Of a stretch of 64,000 nt of DNA, positions 1 to 10,800 are shown in pieces. This stretch comes from Tubiluchus corallicola (lineage: Eukaryota; Animalia; Priapulida), in assembly GCA_030141605.1 (NCBI GenBank), contig JAQGDQ010000019.1:930001-994000 (forward strand), written 5' to 3'. The stretch's first letter is position 1, and the number at the start of each line of letters is the position of its first letter. The translations under genes and the position numbers were made by a program. The notes below the pieces were generated by a model. That model had not been told where the DNA came from. It ran no database searches and worked only from the letters and a program-made list of their open reading frames with translations.

Positions 1-768
1 GGCTAGATTGCTTGTTGTTCGTCTGTATGAGCTACGCACTGCTTCAGCATTGTGGGTATCGAAGAGTTTTGAAGCAGATCGTTTTCCAGATTCTCTGCTT
101 TCAATTAGCATTAATAATTCTTCGATATCCATGACTTGATTTTTGTCGCCGAGAATGTCCAGTTGGATTTCTGGATCTGCAATGCCGCGTGTGATACAGT
201 CACGAATTATTTCGTTGGTATAGCTGACACTGGTGTCGCACTCGGGACATGTCACTTCATAATTGCAGATGCCGGCTTGTCCTCGTAGACGGGCGCAGAA
301 TGCACGGATAGGTTCTTCACGGTCTTGTCGCATATCATGCAATGCTACACGAGCCACCATGGTGTTCTCAACGCGAACAGCGAGCTTTTTGATAGCATTA
401 AGAACTACATCTTCTGCTTTGCCACTGAGACTGCCACCAGCAGAACGAGTGAGATCTTTGCGTAACGCTTCATCGCAACATTCTAATAATTGAATTACTC
501 TGTCTTTACCAGTGATACCAGTGGCATCTACATATTCTTGCCAACGTGTGGTAAAATATGCCCATTCTTCGCTGGTACCGGCGGCAGATACAGTAGGCCT
601 TTTCACTTTTTCAATTTTCGCAGTTGGAGCAGAATGTGCGGGTGGTGCCGCCTCTGTGTTCGTGGCGTGACTACCACGATGTATTTGCAGGAGTTCGAGA
701 ACGATAGCCTCCGACAAGTCCTCTGTTGCATAATTGCAGCCAGTAATTGGGCACTGAACAATTGGCAT
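1..768 (-). mobile_element. Ty3/Gypsy LTR-retrotransposon gag(-pol) ORF, 5' part; runs off the window start
   Basis: Manual minus-strand translation from ATG at 768 gives 256 stop-free codons: MPIVQCPITGCNYATED...KVKRPTVSAAGTSEEWAYFTTRWQEY...QLLECCDEALRKDL...AIKKLAVRVENTMVARVALHDMRQDREEPIRAFCARLRGQAGIC..., a typical invertebrate Gypsy capsid-like gag (Q-x3-E-x4-F-x2-RL major-homology-like region). The ORF track misses it because there is no stop in the window. Confidence 0.8.
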
Positions 769-2380
769 TCTTCCGCCTGATCATAAATAACTATGGAAGT
801 TTTTGCTGAATCGATCAAAGTGGTTTATTTACGATATTGCAGCAATGATCAGGCTGAAATAACAACAACAAAATAATTACATATAATACTGCCATACCGC
901 ATAGAGCGTAAGTACAAATATAAATGTATCGAATTATACTAATTTAATAATTGTTCCTTTAATCACAAAAGTATAACTGCAAATAATATACCGTTCTAAA
1001 TGTTAAACATCTGCTTAACGCTGCATGGAGTTCTTATAGTTAAACGTGCTAAAAATTGCCTCCTGGCAAACAGCAATACGGGTGCTCTTCATATGCTGAA
1101 ATCTTCGAGATCCTCTAATTATTGATTCGTTATTATATTATCATTTTTATGTTGATTTTTACTGCACTGTGAGTTGATCTTTTTTTCTGTGTCACAATAA
1201 TGGGCGTTTATTACATTATCAGTTGTAACAACGCACCTGCAAGTTTTTATTGAAAACTAAAATCTGCACACTGTAGAATACGCTTGCAGTATTTAGCAAT
1301 AACGACTTTGAGCATGAATATAAATTTGAGCATGAATATAAATTTTGCTCTTAACTAATTATAGCATGGAAAAGCTAAACGCAAAAATGTATTTACTATG
1401 GAATAATCATAGCTACCACTGATTGTGCCAAAACTGGTTAGTTGGATCTAATTTTACGTTTGGTTTCTCAAGTGCTTGAAGTTAGCAATGGCTTCCTGAA
1501 TAAATTGACATTTAACACAATATCAGTAATAGTGTATGGCGGCAACATATTCTAAATTCTCCACAGTACAGCTCTAAATTATCGCAGAATGTAGGTGCTT
1601 AGCAGATATCGACATTGTATTTAATATATTTATCAAAGATAGAGTAAATAATTATTTTGTTATAAACAAGTGCATATAGTATCACAACGGCTGCCGGGAT
1701 TTATAACAAGTTGAAGTTGACATCCAAGAAACTACACAGAAATGCGGAAGAGGCGGTGTAGTCCTATCGCCGTTAGGTAATTTTATAATTTCACCAGAAT
1801 TGAAATACAGCATGATTATCCTTTAGTTAAAGTCTCTCTCCTGCGTTGTTCAGGATCAATGTTGTAGCTGAATTGTTTTATGGAGACCGCGGGCCACGTA
1901 ATCGTGTGTTTTATGGTTTGGTCGTATGACGGTAAAATTGTTCAGTCGCTGTACAAATAACTTCTGTGCTGTAAACTCTCTTAAGTTCAGCACGTTTGCT
2001 TCATTGCCCAGTAAGAACTGTCATTCGTTCTCTTTCATTTGCTGTTATCCGCAAGGTCTGTCAAGCCACAAAAATCCCGGCGATTAAGTTCGCTGTTTGT
2101 TTCTGTCAAGAAACATAATTTTCTTTAATCATCTAAAACGACCCTTTGCGTCTGATGTAGCAGCTGCTAAACGTTGAACTGCTACTGTTGCTACTGATAA
2201 AAAAGTTTCACCTAGTTTTTTACAATAACAATTAACAATGTTTTCATGACGTCCCAGTTAGTTTAAACACATAAAAAGAATAATATATAGGACCGTTGTC
2301 AGCCAGCTGACTCGAATTTGATACTGTGCTTAGTGAAGCATTTTCTTTTTGCGACTTGAACCACGCCAAACAAACTTACT

Positions 2381-2994
2381 GCGATTGTAGCTATGGCTGC
2401 TGCTGCTATTACCACTTTGATAGCAAGCTTCCTAGTCTAGGCCCAAATCCTGAAAAAGGTGCTTCTATTTTCTAAGCTCTAGGGACGTTTTTTTAGAAAG
2501 CGGGCAATACAGCCAGTTTTATCTTAAAAAAGTTGTTGCGAAAATGGTCAAAAGCGCAAAAAAAACAAAATGGCTGCAAAGTTTTTGCTTAAACAATGTA
2601 AATGAAAACAAGTTCCCAGAACAGTAATATTAAGAAGTGATGACGACATTTATTACAGTGCCTTTGTAACCCATTTCTGTTACTTTTGCGATTGTAGCTA
2701 TGGCTGCTGCTGCTATTACCACTTTGATAGCAAGCTTCCTAGTCTAGGCCCAAATCCTGAAAAAGGTGCTTCTATTTTCTAAGCTCTAGGGACGTTTTTT
2801 TAGAAAGCGGGCAATACAGCCAGTTTTATCTTAAAAAAGTTGTTGCGAAAATGGTCAAAAGCGCAAAAAAAACAAAATGGCTGCAAAGTTTTTGCTTAAA
2901 CAATGTAAATGAAAACAAGTTCCCAGAACAGTAATATTAAGAAGTGATGACGACATTTATTACAGTGCCTTTGTAACCCATTTCTGTTACTTTT
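2381..2994. repeat. Perfect 307-bp tandem duplication (2381-2687 / 2688-2994)
   Basis: The two copies, gcgattgtagctatggc...catttctgttactttt, read identically by eye. Confidence 0.95.
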
Positions 2995-5327
2995 GTTACA
3001 AAAATGGTCGTCGTTTTCAAAATGGCCGACACACAAAAAACCTGTTTCACCTAAAGATTTATTCTAGAAAACAAAGAGCAAGTCATTTTTATTAATTCGA
3101 CCTCGTTGAATCTAAATGCTGCTAGACTAATAAATGCTGCTAGACTAATAATAAGGCCTAAGCAAAAAAGAAAGTGGCCGCCCGATACCCGACGTATAGT
3201 CGCCAGAGTCAGCAGAATCGTGAAACATCGCTCATTTCGTCTAAAAGTTATGAAATTTAGCTCAATGCTAGAACCCGTCAAGGTAATTAATTTTGGGTAA
3301 AAAAGTCCTCCAATATTGGCGCCATTTTCAAGATGACCAACAAGATGCCCCGCTAGCATATAAAGGTTATAACTTAACTATCAGAACAGACAAGATGATG
3401 ATTTTGGTGGCTAAAATATACATTTTATAGGTCAAACATCCCACAACTATATACAACGCTTAAAAACATTTATCTGCTCCGGCAGCTAAAATACGGCTTT
3501 AAAGAACTAGCAACAACCTTCCATCTTCTACGCCATTTTAAAATGGCGGCAATGTTAGATGATTTTCGTTTGGCGTCATATCCAAAATTAATCACGTTGA
3601 TGGGCTCTAACTTTGTGCAAAGTACTATAACTTTTAGATGAAGTGAGCAAGTTTTTTTCGGCGTTCTACAAGAGAGTATTATTTTGGGATCCAGGTCAAT
3701 TTCAAAGTGGCTGCGGCAGATAGTGTAATATATTAGCTATATTGCATGTTCTAAGACAGGTTGGATGATAATTTTATTAACTAGATATAGGGCTTTAAAA
3801 GTAAAAGCTTTAAATTAGTGTCCAATGAAGCCATCACGTTCAAGATGGCCAACAAGATGTCTATCGCTAGTATCAGATAAAGGCGACATCGCAGTTGTCA
3901 GAGCTGATATGGTGGTGATTTTGTTGTATAAATCTAATTTTTCAAGGTCAATGAATCCATATCTGCTGGTAGGGCAGCCAATGCCTGGACCAACAGTGCC
4001 TGCCTTATATACCATTCCTCTGGTGTGCCCCAACTGTGTGGCATATAGTGGAAGAATTGTCACCAAAAAAACCTTCCTCTTTAGTGAACAAGTCTTTACA
4101 TGCCTTGCAAACTGACGTTAATTCGCCATCTTTGTGATACAGGAGTACAACAAAACGTTCCAGCACATGCATGAGTTCAGTCAATAGTTCTGCTCTAGTA
4201 GTGTTTCTTAATGATACAAATGCTTCCGTTATGTGGGCCAAGCCATCCTTTTTTCTCTTTCTGTAAAAACTGAAGTCTGGTCGCATACAGTATGGACATT
4301 GCTTGCTTATTGGATTGCTTATTTTTTTCAGAATCAATGGCATTCACATTTTGATATGGCGTAAGATGTGTTTTTTATAAGCTAGCAACAGCTACCTTTT
4401 CGGCTATTTTGAAAATATTGATCATATTGGTACTACCCTAAATCCTTCACCTTTAAAGCGTACATACAGATACTAATATTCACCTTACGACAGGCAATAT
4501 AGCTAATATATTGCACAAGTAGCCACAAGTATTTGGCAGCTGTCTTCAAATCCTAACTGAGGTGATGTCTTGGGTGTTTCTGGACATCAGAAACTGACTC
4601 CTTGAAATTGAAAACCTAACCTATATTTTGATACCAAAGTTGCCATATTAACTACGCCATCATTTAGGATAATTACAGGCATCGATCTTGTCAACCATTT
4701 TGGAAATGTTGGATGATGTTCGATTGGCCTCATACCCAATATCACCTTGATTGGTTTTAACATTGTGCATAGTTTTCTTACTTAAGCGAAAATGCCACGT
4801 TTTTCACCATTCTGCTAGACAATTACCTCGGGATCACGTTGGCCATTTTGTTTTTTTACTGATTGTGCTGTTTGAATCGCTTTGCGTTATTTTTTGGCTA
4901 GTAGCAGCTTTCTGGATTCAAGAAGACTCAGTTGATTGGTTTTTGTTTGTATAATGAATTATATGATGAAACGGTTATTATAACTGCATTATCGGTATTT
5001 CGTTATCGCGTGGTAGCCGTTTTGAAACACTAGTCATTTTTAAATGAAAATGACAGAAATGGATTCCTCATTGCCAACTAACCTGGAATAGATGTCATAT
5101 TGGCTTCTTAATGTTAATTTTCTGAAAATTTCTCTTAATTCACGTTGTTTGTGCAAAAACATGGCGGCCATTTTTTTGGATTTTTAACTCCTTTGCGTTA
5201 AGTTTTCGAGCTGGCGACAGCATTTTTCGGATTCAGCATAGTCAAATTGATAAGACTGGCTATCTTGCCCACTTTTAGAAAAAAACACCTCTAGGGTATC
5301 ACTTTTCTGAAAATGGGACTATAACTA
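2433..5327 (-). mobile_element. Degenerate Academ-like (AcademX) DNA transposon with nested internal copies
   Basis: Termini are TAG (2433, duplicated at 2740) and CTA (5327), with diverged TIRs (aaagcgggcaatacagccagttttatc vs the reverse complement of gataagactggctatcttgcccacttt) and many aaaatggcg/cgccatttt subterminal motifs. A frameshifted minus-strand relic (about 3960-4240), LERFVVLLYHKDGELTSVCKACKDLFTK...TILPLYATQLGHTRGMVYKAG, resembles the C-terminus of the Academ XPG-like domain (LERFV.LLY...VN.AR..LF...PPT...L..H..RA.YQA). Confidence 0.65.
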
Positions 5328-7775
5328 TCTTACTGAAATTGCTTGAGTTGACACAATTTAATGTCGTTTTGAAAACGTAATGAAAACAACGTGAAATCGA
5401 CATTGTTTAAAACGCAAGAATTAGGTGCCCGGTCAAGGCATTAGGTTAACGCTTGCCTAAAACCAATTGACTAAGAAGACTAAGTTACGTCTCCGACTCT
5501 AGAGCAATTAGTGGTGAAACTAATGGTGCAATTAGAGGCTCAACGTTGGTATCAGTTCGTACTAATGTAACTATAACGAATCCGGTCCTTTTGTCCATAC
5601 GGCCAATTGGCTTCACCGAGTGATTGCTAAATTACTTTTAATGGAATTTACACATCCTGCGGCTAGCTTGCATCGTTCTCATTAATAAAGTGAAACTTAT
5701 TTGCAATCCATATAAGCTGAAATATATAAGGAGTCGTAAAATTAACGTATTGTAAGCCTATTGGAGGATATTGTTAAAGATATTTACAGCGAAGATATAT
5801 AACTGAGTAGTCACGGTGTGAGCTTAGCTTCAAATGTTAAGTAGTGCCGGGTCTTATTAGGAAATTGGTGGGAATTATCAAAAAAAATGCTCATTAGTGG
5901 TTTCATTAGCCATGTTTACGGCTATTTCCGGCAAATGCACACACATCCAAATACAGCAAAGACGCACCTACGATTCATTGCCCCATCGTACAGGATTATC
6001 CGTATTAAATGACTAGAGTCCAGTGAGACCATGCAGGATCAGTATTTGTAGCATCCCTACAAAAGCAGCAGTTGAGTGCTTTCTCCGTGCAGCTTTGCTA
6101 CGTTTCAAGATCTAAATATTTCAATATGCGAAGTTCACAAAATGTGTGCAACAAAGACGGCCTAGTTCATATGCTTGCAGAAATTCTGTCTTTCCAAATT
6201 TCATAAACTCCAAACTCAAGTCACCTGGATTAGCATGGCATTTGATTAGAATTTGATCACAGAGGCTTTATTTTTTATCAGTTCTTCAGCAGATTTTTTA
6301 TTAACTTAATCTGCCGCAACACAACGAAATTGAAGGAACATTTTAAATAACTGAAAACGTTACAATGATAGTTACTTGCCTTTGCTTGAGAAATTAGGCG
6401 TACTTCAATTTTTGATGAATGCATCTTGGATTTACTGCTGAGGATTTACAAAATGCTACCGGCTTCAGCCTTCAGTATCGAATTTTTCTTAATTATCACA
6501 ATGTAGAACTAAGTTATTGCATAAATAATGTTCAAACAGAACCGTTTCTTTAGCGTTGATTATTTGAATTAAAATTTATTTTTCACCCACTCCTGTTAAC
6601 ATCACTGATATATAGAATGTGGTTTGAAATACTGGGTATGTGGCTCAAAATCTGACGCAATATTAATAATAATATGAGCTATTTAAACTATTAGCTGCTA
6701 GGTTTGGCTTAGTTACTTAGCAACTATTTCCTTCATCATTCTTAATATTATTTTGCTGTCATAAGCACCGGTAATATTACTACGAAGAAACGGTACCAAA
6801 AGTGCTTTGTCTTTTTTTACAACATTCGTGCATTTAATTGCAAAATAAGCCTATTTCTTGATTATAAACATATAACATAGACGTGCTGTGGTTCCTTAAT
6901 TGCTGCTATAACATAGGGTCCAGCAATTTCCTACAGGGCAGCTTCTGTAACGGTAACGATATAGCTATCTTCATTTCGTGTATAATTGCTATTCTGTAGT
7001 CTGAACTCTGTAAACTTGTAAAGCCAATTTGAATTTAACGAACTTCTTCAAGAAGCTGTTAACAGCAACAACCTAATGCCGCAAATTACGTGAAAATGTG
7101 AAAAAGTTAGAGAAATTTGCGAGTTTTGAAAGGCTGTTGTGTAATAATTGCTGTGTAAAACGCGGACATCCAGCATAAATTGCAGACCAATTAAATAAAA
7201 GTGGAGAGCGAAAGTGGAGAGATGTCTGCAACAAATGCTTTTGGGATGTATTTTTAAATAGTATTTTCATTTCAGCATAACCTTAAATTAAGAAAATGTG
7301 TTCATATATAACCAGTATTACATGTGTTTTAAGTTACACCAACTCTTCCTACTCATAAGATCATTTAGTCATTCATTTAATCATACATCTTTTACATTAC
7401 AGCTCTTTCTCCACACTCCTGACAAGTCCTTTTTCAGATGGCATTACACTAAACTCACTGAAAAGACATTTTGTATTCGCACATAACTTGTTCCTAGAAA
7501 AAGCTTATAGGTATTTGTTTGTGGAGTCATCTTAATCACAGTTCTCAACACATAAAAATACAAATATACCATGGAGTTTTCTCATCGACAATTTCCTGTT
7601 GTGCAGTTTCACCATTATAATATAGAATGCAGACTATTTCAAGCGAATCGACATATTGAAATGTTACATAGAAAATTGTATAAGGGCATCATAAAGGTTT
7701 TGGTTATACACTGAATTTTTATTTTGTTATAATTTCTTGATCCAAAAATAAATTGTAGTTTTTCAATTGTTGCAG

Positions 7776-7844
7776 GATGTCGACGGCATTGAAATTTCAA
7801 ACATCAGAGATACTAGGACTGGAAAATATGCCAAAGTACCAAAG
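7776..7844 (+). CDS. PLCB: PLC-beta exon (PH domain), [23 protein letters not shown]
   Basis: ttgcag|...aag|gtgagt; conserved [10 protein letters not shown] motif. Confidence 0.92.
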
Positions 7845-10800
7845 GTGAGTTAGTTACAAAAATAATTTTTTATACAATTCGGCATTTTGCGAGCCAGAAT
7901 CCATTACTTAATGGCAAGGTCTGTTGAATTTGAATGGTTGTTGCAGGACCAGAATCTGTCTCATTTCAAGGCTATTCCTCTAAGATGAGAAACTTAGTCA
8001 GCAGAAGTATTTTGTGATATGTGGCCATTTCCATGCAGTTGTCAATGCATTTATCTATATTATGCTGGCCTGTTTGTCTCATATGCAGACACATGGCCAC
8101 AAGACTAATTTAAGAAGCAAAACATCATAAGTCGCGTTAGCGAAGACCGTTACCTTTGTTCTTAGTTCGGTCAAAGCCTGGTTTGTACCCCAATTATGTC
8201 TTCTGAAATTTGTTTTAAATTTAAGCTAGTTTCTCATTCATTCAGTCTTTGTATACTCCCGTATAAGAACAGTAGTGTACGTAATAACAATTGAAATTAC
8301 AAAGAAAGTTCAATATCAAAGTTAAAAAAATATATAAAAATATCTGCAAAAATTACGTAGAAGAATTATTCTGCAGTGTAGTGTGTAGTTTGAAGTGTGT
8401 ACTGCTTTTCAAAAGCATAGGATTTTTATGCTTAAAGTAATACATTGTAAAATCCAGGACAGTAAGTTTAAATACGGTTAGAGTGTTTTGGTCACTCGAG
8501 AAAAAAGGATCACCTGTGAAAAGGCTGAAAGCCCCAAACTTCAAAAGACCAGTAAATCCTAATAGCCAGATTAAGACTTTGTCTTAACTTGGAGTTTTGT
8601 CCTGTTAGTCCTTCAGCTCTCTGGGTTTTTTCTTTGGTGTGAAATCTAATTACTGAGTACCTGTTCTAGTTTCACTGTAATTTCGGCTTGGCTGGTTAGT
8701 CCTGTAATGACACTGTTCGCGAAAGTATCTATAATATCAGACTCCAGATAGAGTTAATGAGGATATGTGTAAAGTGAGCTGAAGCCTTCATTATAGGCGA
8801 GTATTCAATTACTAGGTGTTAGAAATGAGCTTGACACACAATGAAGTGACTAGGTCTAATTTTTGCCATGGTAAATAGGATGTCTCCCTATCTCTCTCTT
8901 TCTCTCCCCTTCAATTTCCACCTCATTTTGCCAATTCTTTTAATAGTTCCGTAAGTATAGCACACTCACAAGACATGAAGTTACCCAATTAAGTCTGCGT
9001 GATATTATTTTGAAAGCATTGAAACTCTGTGCCAGCAGTGACAATAACCAGCACCTCTATTATATAATTTCATGGTATTATAAAATTTGGTTTTGTCTAC
9101 GTTCTGTCGGAACCGGAAGTGCACAGCTTCCACCTGCATCCGCGAAATCTAATTAATTGCCACAGCCGAATCTTTCATTATGTCTATCACGTGCTCGTCA
9201 GAATCGACTGTGTGCTAATATGATTACTTCTATACAGAACTATTATGCCTGCCGAGTAGCGTGTGAAATAGCAAAACATTTTAATTAGTTTTAGTTTGTG
9301 AAGCTTTAGTCTTTTGATGAAGCCAAGTGCTTTTAACAACAATGTAGCTTCGTAGCACTGATAGCGGTGCCGTCGGTTGACTAATTTCATGAAAAGTGGT
9401 TTCTAACGCGCCTGCTTGTTTTTTTAACGAAAGCACGGTCCTGTGCATTAATTGATTAATGAATGCGCAGTTTCTCAGCTTAGCTATCCTTACCCTGAGA
9501 AAAACTTGCGTTCTAAAATGAGGAAGTTATGATTGTGACATAAGTTTCTATAATTGAGCCATATGCGCCAAAATCTGCTCTATTGCAGATCAGAGTCACT
9601 TATTCTAATAAAGTTTAACAGAGTTCCGATGTAGAGAAGTGGTCATGCATGATGTTATTATTCTTCTAAAAATGTCAAGGTTATCATAGCAAGAAAACGT
9701 GTGCCAACAGAAAAGTTCACGTAGAAGCAGATCTGAAGAAAGAAGCTAAAATTGTAATGCTCAGCCTACTTGATTTTCGCTTATAGTAACGTTCATTTGT
9801 GACCGACCTCTTATATGTCTCATCTCTCGCCATGAGCCTAAGTACATTGAGTCGATAGTACTACAATAACTACCTTGAGCAGCCAATAATATAAAGATTA
9901 GTTGTGATTCTCGTTTTTCGATCCCCTTCCTCTCCATTCCGTGACTAACCTGGGTTCGTCACCATGGTAACGGATCTTTACCTGCTCATTTCACTTGCAT
10001 TTTTGTCTTTACTTATTTAGCGTACCGTTTTCTTCATTCACATTGTATAAACTGGCAAAAGTGTGCATTCGTGTGCTGCAAAGATTTGACTCTGATGATA
10101 CATCAAATACATAAAGCTGGTTTATTTCACAAGCCAATTTGACGAATATGTGCTAGCATTTACCATTTATTTTAACTTGAGGAGTTGAGGTGCTCGTTTT
10201 TGCGCTGCCCGTCCAGTACCAATCTTTTATTGTAAGGTAATCGTTTTTGCACTGTTAAGGCCAGTTTTTTTGCTTATTTGCGCACTCCCGAACTCCACCT
10301 TTTTTGTGCTGCCCAGCAAAGATTCTTTAAAGTTAATTCTTCACTTAACATTCAGTTTTTTTATTTCCACAACTTCTTGCAACCTTTTCTTGTAGGATCT
10401 TGTAGGTTATTAGATAGTTAAAGTTTGGCCAGATATAAAACTCATTTCGCATTATCTGATGCAAGCACGAAACGGATTTTACCCTCTTATTGCTTCCGCG
10501 GTGTCCACCTATGATTAATAGCAAATTTAGTGTACCAAAATTGCTACTAAAATGAATTGGGATATTGCACTTGACACGTGAATAATTATAAAATTATATA
10601 ACATTTTATAGATTGGCCTTGCATTAGAAAAATGAAAATGTTTATTGCGCGATTTATGTAAAATGATTTCCAGGTTCACCTTCCAGATTGAAGGTTATAC
10701 TTGTATGCAGGCAATAATGCAAGTCTCAGGTGAAAAACGTGGCAGCGTAATACATGTAGCTATTATCAGAGTTTAAACGTAGCGGACATTACATTCTCTG

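Noticed and set aside
263-818. ORF-track ORFs 263-493, 490-780, 603-818
   Set aside because: They are antisense or off-frame shadows of the gag ORF (768 to 1, minus strand).
880-905. Possible PBS/LTR boundary (tggcag on the minus strand)
   Set aside because: It is not preceded by a clear CA end, and there is no second LTR in the window to confirm it.
800-7700. PLC-beta exons 1-2
   Set aside because: I found no sequence encoding the expected N-terminal PH motifs (F.KWD, L.VD..GF.L.W); they are presumably upstream of the window.
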